Shown here one piece after another: positions 8,809-19,100 of a stretch of DNA of 64,000 bases. This stretch comes from an uncultured virus (IMG/VR IMGVR_UViG_3300028571_002018). Taxonomy: Duplodnaviria > Heunggongvirae > Uroviricota > Caudoviricetes. The stretch is from the IMG/VR virus record IMGVR_UViG_3300028571_002018; one strand, given 5' to 3'. A program made the translations under genes and the position numbers. Each line of letters starts with the position of its first letter. The stretch's first letter is position 1. The notes below the pieces were generated by a model, which was not told where the DNA came from, did no database searches, and was given only the letters and a program-made list of their open reading frames with translations.

Positions 8809-11800
8809 TCAAGGCGTGTCAACATCCCCGCGAATCAGCAACGTGAAGTTGTCGTCGGGCACGGACTCCGGCCCCTGCTGGACGGTGCGCACCACCCAGA
8901 CCGGGAACTGCGCGCCAATGGTGTTGAAGCGCAGCACGTTGCCGGTGGCCCAGCCATTGCCCCAGCCGAGCGCGGGCAGATGGAAGTACGGCACGCCGGT
9001 CGCCGGGTTGTTGGGCGCGCAATCCGCACTGGTGTTGCCCGTGGCGATCACGCCGACGTTCTCGCCGATGACTTCGAACGAGGTGCTGTTGGTCAGGCGC
9101 ACGATCCAACGCTCGGTCAGTGCCCCCCGGTTCGTCACGCGGATCGGGTACTGCGTGTTGTTGAAGGTTGCTGTTGCGGAACTGCCAGACAAGGCATCTG
9201 ACCACGTGCCGTTCCAAGTGGACTGGTCGAACACCAGATTCACGCGGGCAAACAGGTCACCGGCCACCAGGGCGCTGGAGACGTGACTCCCCAGCGGATA
9301 TTCGTGTGTCAGGGCGCGCGTGAAACTGATCTCGCCACTGATCTGCACATCCCGCACCACGGCCATGTCCTCGATGCGGTGCTCGATGGTCACGGGCTGG
9401 CTGTAGCCCGCCACGTTGATGAAGGTGACGGTGCCCGCCTCCAGATCGGCGGAGTACCCGGTGTTGATCACCGCCCCGTCGTGGCCAACGACGCGTACAC
9501 GCGACAGGCGCACCCGCGCGCAGTTGATGGCCTGGCCGTTGCTGACCGAGGTTGTGATCTTGCCGGTGTGACCCACCACAGCGAAGCCGCCCGGGCGAAA
9601 GATCGGCACGCGCCCATCGCTGGGCAGGCGCACCGGATCGATGCCAAGCAGGTCAGCATCCAGCGGCAAATAGCTGTAGGCCACCGCGCTGTAGCGCACG
9701 CTGGATGCCGCCACCGGCTCGGGTCGGAAGATCTTGCCGTCCGTACCCACCCGGTCGGCGGCGTACCAAGGCTGGCTCTCGTTCCCGGCCGCCGTGACCA
9801 TCGTTCCGAAGCGAACGCGCACCAGACCGGTTTCGTAGTCGACGCTGCCGCTGATGCCGGTTGCCTCGATCTTGCCGTCAATTCCGGCCGTCACGTTTTG
9901 CGTGCCACCAACCGCGCGGGCGTACTGGATCGACAGCGACCCAGGACGAAGCGGTGCCGCGCCAGTTCGGAACACGAACTCGCTGGAGATGTTCTCGCCG
10001 ACCGTGGTCACGCAACTGGCGCGTTGAATCGCGTTGATCGTGCCCGCCGTCCATGACGTCAGCGCCACGTCCCCGGACAGGTAGTTGATCGTGCCGCGCG
10101 TGACCCAGCCACTGGTGGTGAACTCGCGCAGCGCGCCCTGTCCGTTGTCGCCCCACGGCTGCGCGCCACCGATGGAGAGAAGCACCGTGCCAGTCACCAC
10201 CTGGGCATTCACACCCGGCACCAACTTGAAGGCCGGGAGGAACGGATGCGTCTCCGTCTGGTTGCTGGTCGAGCCCGCGCTGTTGTAGCGCAGCTTGACG
10301 TAGCCGGACTCGTCGTTGGGGTACAGCGATGGCGCATCCACGTAGGCGATGCCGCCGTAGTTCAATCGCCACCGACCGGTGCCGTTGATGGCGACTGCCG
10401 TGTAGACCGGGCGCGGGATACGGATCGAGACATCCGGGTTGAATGTCACTTGACCGGTTGCGTAGTTGACGGTGCCAATAGAGATCCCGTTCAGCACTAC
10501 GCCGCCGTTCCCATCATCTCGGGCGATCTGGGTTGGGTCGCGCCAGATCGAGACGCCAATGCCCATCTCCTGCAACTGCGCGAACGTGTATGCACCGAGC
10601 ACCGCCTCGTCGGTGAAGGTGTTCCACTCGACTTCGAGCGAACCCGGTTCGATGGCCCCGAGGGTTGCGGTGACCGGCAGCAACCCTGCACCATTGCGTG
10701 AGGGATGCGCGAACGAATCCAGCTGCTTGGGGCCTGAGACGTAGCTCACGGTGAGCTCTGTCCCCACCGACGGCAGCACATTCGGTGCGAATTCCACGCG
10801 GTTCTGCGCCACGCTCAGACTGCCAGTGGCGGCACCCGACAGCACGCCCGAGGTGGCCGCCGTTGCCGTCTTGGTGCCGTCGTACTCCCACGAGACTGTG
10901 AGCGAGCCGGGTTGCACGGCCGTCCCTGCGGGCGGGCTCAGTGCGAGGATTTGGGCAGCCTTCAGAGCGGTCGACGGCTGCTGAGTTTCCTGTGTGGGCA
11001 CGTTCCAAGTCAGCACGAGTGAGCTGCCGACATCGGGCAATGCGCCCAACGTCACCACAAAGGCCCCGGTGTTTCGGTTGAACGTGCCCGCGCCATAGCT
11101 GGCGTCCAAGCCTTTGAGCGAACCGTTGCCACTGTCGGACAACACGTACCAGCGGCCCTGGGCCATGTAGCTGATCGACAACGTGCCGGGCTGCGGCACC
11201 GGGTTGACCGTGCCCACGTAGGACTGGCTGCGCGACTCGGGCGTGACGGGGATCTCCGAGCTTTGCGGCGCTCGCAGAATCTGCGCGGCAGGCGTGTAGG
11301 TGACCGCCTTCGCGTTCGACATCGACCCCGAGTTCAGCGTCAGGATGCCGTTGGCGTAGTCGATGGTGCCCATCGTCCCGCTGGCGGTCTTGAGCAGGCC
11401 CGCGTCATCGGAGATTGTGATGCCGTCAGTCTGGATGGTGAGCGACCCGGGCAAGCAACCGCCCGGGAGGTTGAAGTTGATGCCGGTTGTCCACGTGTGA
11501 AAAGCCGTGTAGCTCACTGCGACGGCCCCGGGCACCGGTAGCCCGGCGGCCGCGTAGGGAGGAACAAAGGAGATTGGTGTCTCGGTCTGCGCGCTCGGCA
11601 CCAACTGCGTGTAGATCGAGGTGCCCTTGATCGTGAAATCGCCGACTGCGGCGGCCTGCGTCAGCGGTACCACCCCGACATAGGTTCCGGCGTCCGCCAC
11701 GACCGTGTCGCGCGTCTTGGTGCTGTTCGCGGCGCGAGTGAACGTGCGACTTGCGGGCGAGCCGGTGAAGTCGTAGCGCAGGGCGTCGCTAATGTCGACC

Positions 11801-12372
11801 GTGACGATGCTGGCCTTGTAGTCCTTGTCGCCGTCGTAGGTGAAGGTTCGCTCAACGACGGACACCGAGGTGGCCCGGATGTACTGCTCTTTCTGGGTGT
11901 CCAGCCCCTCGTTTTCAATCAAGACCAAGGTCTGGCCGACATTGGGAACGGTGTCGGTCGTGCGCTGAAAGAGCTGAATCACACGCTGGCCAGCGATGTG
12001 GTTCTCGAACAGGTAGCCCGCCCACTCCGGGCCCTTGTTGAGATAGGCCTCAACGCGGACTTGTGCCTGCTCACGCGTATCGAAGGTCTTCTCGGTGCTG
12101 AACAGCGTGACGCTGACTCGCGCATCCTGCGGCGGCTCGGCCACGATGACGTTGGCACCGAAGTAGGTGTCGGTGTCGTCGGTCTGCACCGATACGAAGG
12201 ACTTGCGCAGGTTGACCCGGCCACCGGCGCGATCCAGCTCGGAGATGTCGGGAAAGATGGCGTTGGAGACGCCGTCGGCAATGGTGGTGCCGGTCGGCGC
12301 ACCCCCGCCCTCGGGCACGTCCGCCATCACGGCGGACTTCAGCAGTTTCACGTCGCCGGATTGGATCGGCAT
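8809..12372 (-). CDS. Large tail tip protein
   Basis: 1187 aa with repeated GTIDYANG/GTVNYATG/GSVDYETG motifs, downstream of the tape measure gene. Confidence 0.7.
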   Translation of the reverse strand: MPIQSGDVKLLKSAVMADVPEGGGAPTGTTIADGVSNAIFPDISELDRAGGRVNLRKSFVSVQTDDTDTYFGANVIVAEPPQDARVSVTLFSTEKTFDTREQAQVRVEAYLNKGPEWAGYLFENHIAGQRVIQLFQRTTDTVPNVGQTLVLIENEGLDTQKEQYIRATSVSVVERTFTYDGDKDYKASIVTVDISDALRYDFTGSPASRTFTRAANSTKTRDTVVADAGTYVGVVPLTQAAAVGDFTIKGTSIYTQLVPSAQTETPISFVPPYAAAGLPVPGAVAVSYTAFHTWTTGINFNLPGGCLPGSLTIQTDGITISDDAGLLKTASGTMGTIDYANGILTLNSGSMSNAKAVTYTPAAQILRAPQSSEIPVTPESRSQSYVGTVNPVPQPGTLSISYMAQGRWYVLSDSGNGSLKGLDASYGAGTFNRNTGAFVVTLGALPDVGSSLVLTWNVPTQETQQPSTALKAAQILALSPPAGTAVQPGSLTVSWEYDGTKTATAATSGVLSGAATGSLSVAQNRVEFAPNVLPSVGTELTVSYVSGPKQLDSFAHPSRNGAGLLPVTATLGAIEPGSLEVEWNTFTDEAVLGAYTFAQLQEMGIGVSIWRDPTQIARDDGNGGVVLNGISIGTVNYATGQVTFNPDVSIRIPRPVYTAVAINGTGRWRLNYGGIAYVDAPSLYPNDESGYVKLRYNSAGSTSNQTETHPFLPAFKLVPGVNAQVVTGTVLLSIGGAQPWGDNGQGALREFTTSGWVTRGTINYLSGDVALTSWTAGTINAIQRASCVTTVGENISSEFVFRTGAAPLRPGSLSIQYARAVGGTQNVTAGIDGKIEATGISGSVDYETGLVRVRFGTMVTAAGNESQPWYAADRVGTDGKIFRPEPVAASSVRYSAVAYSYLPLDADLLGIDPVRLPSDGRVPIFRPGGFAVVGHTGKITTSVSNGQAINCARVRLSRVRVVGHDGAVINTGYSADLEAGTVTFINVAGYSQPVTIEHRIEDMAVVRDVQISGEISFTRALTHEYPLGSHVSSALVAGDLFARVNLVFDQSTWNGTWSDALSGSSATATFNNTQYPIRVTNRGALTERWIVRLTNSTSFEVIGENVGVIATGNTSADCAPNNPATGVPYFHLPALGWGNGWATGNVLRFNTIGAQFPVWVVRTVQQGPESVPDDNFTLLIRGDVDTP

Positions 12373-12373
12373 T

Positions 12374-12781
12374 TCAGATCTCCAGGAATCGAAGGGTCAA
12401 GCGATAGAAGTCGGTGGCGGCCCGCGCCGGGATGCCCAGCACTGGTTCGGCTTCGATGGCCGTTTCTGCGTGGCGGAAGGCCACGGTGAAGGAGCGGCCA
12501 TCGGAGAAGGTCAAGCCGAAGCGGCCTGTAGCGCTGCCGACCGGAAGCGCGGCCCAGACCCGTAGTTGCTCGACCGTGGCCCGCGTGACCCAAGCCATGT
12601 CGGGTGCGCCAACCAGCGTGATCGGGCGACCGGCTTGGCGGGTGGCGGACTGGATCAGCAAGGCTCCGGTGATGAGGTAGGACGTGGTCGCCACGGCGGG
12701 CGACCACGCGTGCTCGTCGCTCCACAGCAAGTCATCGGGCAATGGCAAAGCCACCCCGGCATCGAGGTTCGTGAGTTGCAT
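12374..12781 (-). CDS. Distal tail-like protein
   Basis: LLWSDEHAWSP...GRPITL, directly after the tape measure gene. Confidence 0.6.
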   Translation of the reverse strand: MQLTNLDAGVALPLPDDLLWSDEHAWSPAVATTSYLITGALLIQSATRQAGRPITLVGAPDMAWVTRATVEQLRVWAALPVGSATGRFGLTFSDGRSFTVAFRHAETAIEAEPVLGIPARAATDFYRLTLRFLEI

Positions 12782-12817
12782 TGGGAATCCTTCAGGCAGA
12801 GAAACAGGAGCGCACGG

Positions 12818-15800
12818 TCAAGCCGTGCGGGCGCGGGCGGCGTCCAGCAGTTGCAGCAGACGAGACTCGTCTCGTGCGTCGACGGTGGCGTTGACCTTCT
12901 GCTGCCCCGAAGACAGTTCCACGCGTACCGTGCGGCTGGGCCCAGCATCGGTTGCCAATACCGGTCGAGCCAACCGCGACCCGCTGGGTTGCACCAGCCC
13001 GCCCGTGGCGAAGCCCTGAACGCCCGCAAGCGCACGCCCGGCCAGAGCTTGCGCCGGGGCCGACAGGTTGTTGATCGCTTCGAAGAAGCCAGCCCCGTAG
13101 CGGGACACGGCATCCTTGTTCACGACAAACTCACCCGGCGTGAGCATCGCCGGGACGGTGTCGGACTTGGCCATACCGCCGCGCCGGTAGAACTCGCCCT
13201 GGTTCTGCTCCATATAGTCGATCAGCTCACGCTCCAGGTCTTTGCCCCAGAGCAGCGGTTGGGCCATCGCCTGCCGCCACGTCTGCTTGATGCGCTCCAG
13301 GTTCTGGCGCTCGTTGCCGGTGAGCGTCTTACGACTGATGAAGTCTTCCAGCGCGCGCCGATCCTGCTGGGCCTGCTTGCCGTAGCTATCCATCGTCTTG
13401 CTGCGCATATCCAGACTGACCGAGGCACCGTATTTCCACTGGAGCCAGTTGGTGTACTCGTTCATCCCCTGCAGGCCGAGGTCGATCATCTTCATCGCCT
13501 CGACTGCCTCCCGGTTCTTCTTTGGTGTGCTGGGCGTGCCATCAGCATCGTTGCCGGGTGGGCGCTTGCCGCCACCCAGCATCACCGCGCCGCCAGTAGC
13601 AAACCGTGACACGCCATTGGCCAGACGCGAGAGCGCCCCGCCGCCATACTTCTGCACAGCAGCCTTGCGAATCACGAAGGCACCGGCCTCCAAGGTTCGC
13701 GGCACGGTGTCGTGGTGGCCTGAGCCGGGAACCGAGCCGCCGCTCATTCGAGGAAAGGCCGGTGCAACAGAGCCGCCATCAGCGAAGCGGCGCACGCCAC
13801 CGCCCACCAAACCGCCAGTGGCATTTGCTTCCACCTTGCGCACGTAGATCGTGTGGGTGCTCGAGGTGTTGGCACCGTTCAGGCTCATGATCTCCGAGCG
13901 GGCCGCATCAGCATTGGTGCTGACCTGATGCCGAGACTCGGTCTGGATGCGATCCAGTGCCTTCATCATCCCCTCGACGTTGGTGATCGCGGCCTGCGCC
14001 TTCTCGGTCGCCACCTTCAGTTCGAACTGCGAGTTCTGGTCGGCGTAGGTCTTGAGCTTGTCCAGCGCCTCCTTGGCCTTGGATACGTCGGCATCGACCG
14101 GCAGCGTCTTGCCCTCCTTGAGCAGCTGCTCGTACTGCTGCAACTTTTTCTCGGCCTCCTGCAAGTCGGCCTGAATCTTTAGCAGGTACTCTTTTTCCGC
14201 CAGGGCCTTGTCGAGATCGGCGATGGCTTTGTCGAAGCGGGTCGTGTCGGCATCCAGCGTGACCTTCAGGCCGTCTTTCAGCTTGGCCGTGATCTGGTCG
14301 ATCTGGTTTTCGGTCTGGGTAAGGGTCTGCTGGATCTGGTCGCGGGCGGTCAATGCCGACTGCGCGGCGGTCTGGTGCGCCTTGGCTTCGGCATCCAAGG
14401 TCTTGTTGAGAATTTCCTCTGATTCCCGGATACGCTGGATGGCTTGGTTGACGCCATCCTTGCCCTGCGCGATCTGTGCGTCGGCATCCTTGGTCTTCTG
14501 GGCCAGTTCGGCGCGCAATGCGTCCGCTTGGCGCATCAGGGCTTCGGCTTGCGCGTATTCCTGCTTGCGATAGGCATCGCGTGACTGCGATTCGAGCTGG
14601 GTGACCTGCGAAATCGCCTGCTCGGACTGCTTGCGGGCATCTTCGCCGCGCTTGGCTTCACTGGTTTGCGAGCTGGCCACCTGTGCGGCCAAGTCCATCG
14701 CTTTCTGGGCGAGTTGCCGAGCCTGCTCGAACTCGCCATTGGCCAGCGCCTCACGTGCCTTCCCCTGGTACTCGGCGATCTGGCGCTTGCGATCCTCAGT
14801 CGCCTCGAAATCGGTCATGCCCTGGCGACGGATGTCGCGGACACGTTCCTCCGTCGTCATGGAGAGCTGGCGTTTCTCCTCCTCGATGCGCTTGATCTCG
14901 GCCAGATGCCGGTTGGCCTCGGCGTTGAGCGCGTCGATGTGCTGCCGGTACTCGGCCAGCGCCTGCGTCATCGTCTGGCGCTTGGTGGCCAGGATGTCGT
15001 TTTCGACCCGCTGGACGTTGGCGCGGCGCTCTTCTTCCGTCTGACCCTGGCGGCGGGCGGACTCAAGCCGCGCCTTGGACTCATCGTCAATGAGCTTCAG
15101 CGTGTCTGTCGTGGACTGCCGCCGCAACGTGGTCTGCTGCGTGAGGGCTTCCGTCAGCAACTGCGTCGACTTGGTGATCAGCGCAGCTTCGGACTGCTTG
15201 GATGTCTCCAGCGCCGACTGTTCCTGCTGATAGCGCGCCTTGACCGCTTCGATCTGGCGCAGCAGGTTGGCCTCGACGATGGACGTCAGGCCCTTGTAGG
15301 CCTCGGCCACCTTGGCGGTGGCGTCATTGACCGTTTGATTGGCCTTGCCAACAGCCTGCTCAACCTCACCGAGGCGGGATTTCAGCTTCTCCAGGGCGCT
15401 GTGGACAGCCTCGATACCGCGCCCGACTGCCTCCTGCGTGCCCTGACGCACGGCTTCGAGCCGCTTGGCGATTTCCTCCGCAGCCGTCGCGGCGGTATTC
15501 ATCGCGCCCTTGGCAGCATCCGCCCCCTTGGTCGCGTCGGCGTACATCTGCGCGAAGATCTGGTTCATCTCCGCGAGACGGGCCTCGTGGCGCTTGGTCG
15601 CCTCGGCAATCGTGTCCGAGGTGAAGATAGCGGCGAATGCCTCCCAGCGGTAGCGCAACTGCTCGACCGCCTTGACCAGCATCTCGACCATGAAGATGCC
15701 CGCCTTGCGGACGATCTCGAACTTCTCCGATAGCCACGTGCCGATCTCCCAGCCAACCAGGAAGGCACCCAGCACGGCGAATGCCGTCTTGAGCAAGCCG

Positions 15801-16861
15801 ACGCTGGCCACGGCGGCCGACACCGACAGGTTGGCCGTCGTCCACGCCGCCGCAGTGGCACTGGCGGCCGTGACGGCCGCCGCACCGGCGGTCTGCCACG
15901 CGGTGATGAGCGCCGGGATCAGGCGGTAGATCAGCACCGCGAGCCCGACTTCGGCGATGCGCTTCAACCACTGCATCACCGTGTCGAGGTTGCTGGCGAG
16001 AAAGGTCAGCGCCTCGGCCAGCTTTTTGGTCAGACCCGTCGATTCGTCGACCCGGTTGATCCACTGCCCGAAGGCATTGCGCAAGCGCTCGAAGGCCTGG
16101 CTCACCGTCTGCGGCAGTTGGGCGTACTCGCTGGCCAGCTTGTCCTTCTGGCTCATCAGCGCGTTGACCACTACGTCAGCAGTCAGACGGCCTTCTTCGG
16201 CCAGCTTGCGCAGCCGCCCGATGGGCACGTTCAGACCATCGGCCAAGGCCTGCGCCAGACGGGGACTGTTCTCGACGACGGAGTTGAATTCCTCGCCTCG
16301 CAGCACACCAGACGCCAGCGCCTGCCCGAATTGCAGCAGAGAGGACTGCGCTTCGGTAGCCGATGCGCCCGACAGGCGCAGTGCCTGCGAGATGCTCTCG
16401 GTGATCGTGAGCGCGTCCTTCTGCTCGCCACCCAGCATCCGCACGGCCTGCTGGAGCTTGCCGTACAGCGTGGCCGTTTCCTGAATCGGCACACCGATGC
16501 GCTGGGCGATGTCGAACAGGGCCGCTTGCGCGGTCGTGAATTCACGCTGTCCCGCCGTCGCCAACTTCAGGCGCGCGGACATCATGTTCCAGGCATCGGC
16601 GATCTGGACGATCTCCTGTACCTTGCCAGCAGCCCAGTTGATCGACAGGAAGGCAAGCAACTGCGTCTTGGCCGTCGCCACCTGATCGCCGAAGGCCGAC
16701 ATCCCGGCCTTGACCTCGGCCATTCCGGCTGCAGCCTTGGCCCCGGCGGTCTTGGCGGTGGTCGACAGCTCACCGAGACTGCGCTCGGCGGACGTGATGG
16801 CGCGTTTGAGCCCATCGTCTGCCCCTTCGAGCGCGACGAGGATGGAAATTCGCTTGGCCAT
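12818..16861 (-). CDS. Tape measure protein
   Basis: 1347 aa, Ala-rich coiled coil; QFGQALASGVLRGEEFNSV tape-measure motif; F-A-x-G-G repeats. Confidence 0.92.
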   Translation of the reverse strand: MAKRISILVALEGADDGLKRAITSAERSLGELSTTAKTAGAKAAAGMAEVKAGMSAFGDQVATAKTQLLAFLSINWAAGKVQEIVQIADAWNMMSARLKLATAGQREFTTAQAALFDIAQRIGVPIQETATLYGKLQQAVRMLGGEQKDALTITESISQALRLSGASATEAQSSLLQFGQALASGVLRGEEFNSVVENSPRLAQALADGLNVPIGRLRKLAEEGRLTADVVVNALMSQKDKLASEYAQLPQTVSQAFERLRNAFGQWINRVDESTGLTKKLAEALTFLASNLDTVMQWLKRIAEVGLAVLIYRLIPALITAWQTAGAAAVTAASATAAAWTTANLSVSAAVASVGLLKTAFAVLGAFLVGWEIGTWLSEKFEIVRKAGIFMVEMLVKAVEQLRYRWEAFAAIFTSDTIAEATKRHEARLAEMNQIFAQMYADATKGADAAKGAMNTAATAAEEIAKRLEAVRQGTQEAVGRGIEAVHSALEKLKSRLGEVEQAVGKANQTVNDATAKVAEAYKGLTSIVEANLLRQIEAVKARYQQEQSALETSKQSEAALITKSTQLLTEALTQQTTLRRQSTTDTLKLIDDESKARLESARRQGQTEEERRANVQRVENDILATKRQTMTQALAEYRQHIDALNAEANRHLAEIKRIEEEKRQLSMTTEERVRDIRRQGMTDFEATEDRKRQIAEYQGKAREALANGEFEQARQLAQKAMDLAAQVASSQTSEAKRGEDARKQSEQAISQVTQLESQSRDAYRKQEYAQAEALMRQADALRAELAQKTKDADAQIAQGKDGVNQAIQRIRESEEILNKTLDAEAKAHQTAAQSALTARDQIQQTLTQTENQIDQITAKLKDGLKVTLDADTTRFDKAIADLDKALAEKEYLLKIQADLQEAEKKLQQYEQLLKEGKTLPVDADVSKAKEALDKLKTYADQNSQFELKVATEKAQAAITNVEGMMKALDRIQTESRHQVSTNADAARSEIMSLNGANTSSTHTIYVRKVEANATGGLVGGGVRRFADGGSVAPAFPRMSGGSVPGSGHHDTVPRTLEAGAFVIRKAAVQKYGGGALSRLANGVSRFATGGAVMLGGGKRPPGNDADGTPSTPKKNREAVEAMKMIDLGLQGMNEYTNWLQWKYGASVSLDMRSKTMDSYGKQAQQDRRALEDFISRKTLTGNERQNLERIKQTWRQAMAQPLLWGKDLERELIDYMEQNQGEFYRRGGMAKSDTVPAMLTPGEFVVNKDAVSRYGAGFFEAINNLSAPAQALAGRALAGVQGFATGGLVQPSGSRLARPVLATDAGPSRTVRVELSSGQQKVNATVDARDESRLLQLLDAARARTA

Positions 16862-16878
16862 AAGTTTTTCTCAGCCCT

Positions 16879-17529
16879 TCAATCCACCGTGCTGATCTGC
16901 TTCTCGACCGCCGCCGCCAGACGCGGGATGCGACCCGCGACCAGCCGCTCGACATCAATGCGCTTCTTGAGTACGACCTTGGGCACCAGGACGGCAATCG
17001 GGATGTCCGCGCCGCGTTTGAGGCGCTTGATGCCCTCTGCCTTGCGGTAGCGGCGCTTGAAGCCTGCCAGTGGCCGGTCGTGCTCCTTGTTGTTCTCGGC
17101 CATCAGGACGATGTTCCCCTTCGCGTTCTTGATGAAATAGGCATTGCCGCCGCGCATCAGCTCGGCCACCTGCGCCTTGAAGCGCTTGCGGCCCACCCGA
17201 CCGTTCAGTGGAATCAGCATCCGCCCGGCAATCTGGCCGCCGGTCTCGTGCATCCCCGACCACGGAATGCGCGAACCTACGTACAGCGCGGGCAGTCGGT
17301 TCGGGTCTTTGTCCAGCACCTTGGCGCTGAAGCCCTTGAGGAAGGACTTCTTGACCACTGCCATCTGGCTCGCGACGTGGCTGCGCACGTCCTGCTTGAG
17401 TTCGACCGCCTCGCTGGCGATGGCGCGTGCGACCGCCTTCTTGACCTTGTCGCGGAACTCGCCGCCCCAGCGGCGCAACTGCGCCTGGGCTGCGGCGCTA
17501 TCGATCTGGACGGAAATGCGCATGGTCAT
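16879..17529 (-). CDS. Basic virion morphogenesis protein (DUF6441-like)
   Basis: 216-aa Lys/Arg-rich ORF between the tail chaperone and tape measure genes. Confidence 0.55.
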   Translation of the reverse strand: MTMRISVQIDSAAAQAQLRRWGGEFRDKVKKAVARAIASEAVELKQDVRSHVASQMAVVKKSFLKGFSAKVLDKDPNRLPALYVGSRIPWSGMHETGGQIAGRMLIPLNGRVGRKRFKAQVAELMRGGNAYFIKNAKGNIVLMAENNKEHDRPLAGFKRRYRKAEGIKRLKRGADIPIAVLVPKVVLKKRIDVERLVAGRIPRLAAAVEKQISTVD

Positions 17530-17834
17530 CAGGCACGGTCGGTGGCCTTGTCAGTGAGTCGGTCGAGGGTTTGGTCGAGGTGACGGGCATCGCTGCGCGT
17601 GCCGATGGCAATCACGGACAGCAGCCGTGCATCGCGGGCCGCATCGGTGCGCGCCGTCGCTGCGACGAAGCCGCGCACCTGCGCCAACGTGTAGTCGAGG
17701 ATGTTCGGCAGGCGGTGGCCGTGCTCGATCAGGTGCTGGACGGCGTCGAACCAGCCACCGCTTTCACGATGGGCGGCAGCTTCACTTGGCCGAACAGCCC
17801 GTCGAGCTTCGGGATCACCGTCCGGGTAAAAAAA
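17529..17834 (-). CDS. Tail assembly chaperone GT extension (-1 frameshift product)
   Basis: An open -1 frame (FYPDGDPE...WFDAVQHLIEHG...YTLAQVRGF) is entered at the T7 slippery site 17828-17834. Confidence 0.65.
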   Translation of the reverse strand, partial: FFYPDGDPEARRAVRPSEAAAHRESGGWFDAVQHLIEHGHRLPNILDYTLAQVRGFVAATARTDAARDARLLSVIAIGTRSDARHLDQTLDRLTDKATDRA

Positions 17835-18130
17835 TCGGCGTTCACCTCGATCACCTTGGCCGCCAGCAGGATGGCCTCGTCGGCAGCCAGTTCGTCGACC
17901 CACGCCCGAGGCTTGCCGACGGCAATGGCGATGGCCGACAGCAGGTCATCGCCGCGCTCGCCGAACAGCGCCAGCCAGTCGATGTCGGATGCGGTGAGCT
18001 GCTGCATCACCGGCGAGATCGCGCGCAGAAAACCGGGCATCTGCCCGACCTTCAGCGGTTTGATGGCCAGCGGCTCACCGTCGATCACCAGTTCGACCGC
18101 CTGCGGAATCAGGGTGTCCAGATCACTCAT
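17729..18130 (-). CDS. Tail assembly chaperone (G-like)
   Basis: Follows the major tail gene; contains GAT TTT TTT in NADFF. Confidence 0.7.
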   Translation of the reverse strand: MSDLDTLIPQAVELVIDGEPLAIKPLKVGQMPGFLRAISPVMQQLTASDIDWLALFGERGDDLLSAIAIAVGKPRAWVDELAADEAILLAAKVIEVNADFFTRTVIPKLDGLFGQVKLPPIVKAVAGSTPSST

Positions 18131-18141
18131 GGCGGCACCCA

Positions 18142-18894
18142 TCACAGTTGCACGATGCGGCCGAACTGGCCCAGCACCGCGTCGAAGGGCTTGGTGGTGT
18201 CGGCCAGCAGCGATCCCTCCAGCTCGAATTTGTTGTACTCGTCCGAGATGAAGGAGATTTCCTTCAGCGGATCGAATGCCACGCGGTAGAGCTCGACCAG
18301 CACCTTGGCATTGCCCTGGGCCGTGTTGATGCCTTCGAGCCGCAGGAAGCGTTCTGGCAGCGCCTGCGTGAAGATGCCGATCTCGGTGGCCACACCGTAG
18401 GCGTAACTGGCCTTGAACGGCGCAGTGAAGCCGGTGGTATCCAGAAACTGGAGGGCACCGAAGTCGGGATCAGCCGTGTAGTTCGTGCCCAAGGCCAGGG
18501 TCGCGGGCGTGCCAGCCGAATCCACCACGACCAAGGACGACACCTTCGGGTGGGCCAGGAAGTAGCGGTCGCCCGCAATCGGCGTGGCACCGCCCACTGG
18601 CTCGGCGGTGACCGTGCCCGGCGTGCCGACGACGTGGTTGCCGTACAGGGCCAGCGCGAGGTTCTCCTTGGTGAATTCCTCGATGGTGAGGTTCACGGTG
18701 GCGGACTTCTGCTTGACCATCCGGTGATCCAGCGAGCGCTGGCCGGTCTGGCTCTCGTAGTGCTCCAGGACGTCGGTCTTGAGGGAGAGCTTCAGCTCTG
18801 CGACGTTGCCGGGCGACCGCACTTCGATGGGAAGGCCGTCGGTGTCGCGCTTGCCGAGGAAGACGCGGCCTTGAAAACTGGCATAGGTGCTCAT
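18142..18894 (-). CDS. Major tail tube protein
   Basis: YASFQGRVFLG...GNVAELKLSL...EHYESQTG tail-tube pattern. Confidence 0.75.
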   Translation of the reverse strand: MSTYASFQGRVFLGKRDTDGLPIEVRSPGNVAELKLSLKTDVLEHYESQTGQRSLDHRMVKQKSATVNLTIEEFTKENLALALYGNHVVGTPGTVTAEPVGGATPIAGDRYFLAHPKVSSLVVVDSAGTPATLALGTNYTADPDFGALQFLDTTGFTAPFKASYAYGVATEIGIFTQALPERFLRLEGINTAQGNAKVLVELYRVAFDPLKEISFISDEYNKFELEGSLLADTTKPFDAVLGQFGRIVQL

Positions 18895-19100
18895 TGCTTG
18901 GGTTCCTTGCGTTGGAGGGGTTTGGGTTCAGGGTCAGTGATGGGTTCAGGGGCTGGGACTGTCGGCTCCGGCGTGGCGATGCCGTGCGCCATCAGCCAGT
19001 CGGCTGATGTGGCGTCGATCTCGATCCGGTCACCGACGCCATAGGTCTTGCCCGCGTGGGTGTGCGGGCGTGTCAGAACAAGTTGGGTCATAGGGGTCAT
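18891..19100 (-). CDS. Small virion-associated protein
   Basis: LTRPHTHAGKTYGVGDRIEID; coupled overlaps on both sides. Confidence 0.6.
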   Translation of the reverse strand: MTPMTQLVLTRPHTHAGKTYGVGDRIEIDATSADWLMAHGIATPEPTVPAPEPITDPEPKPLQRKEPKQ

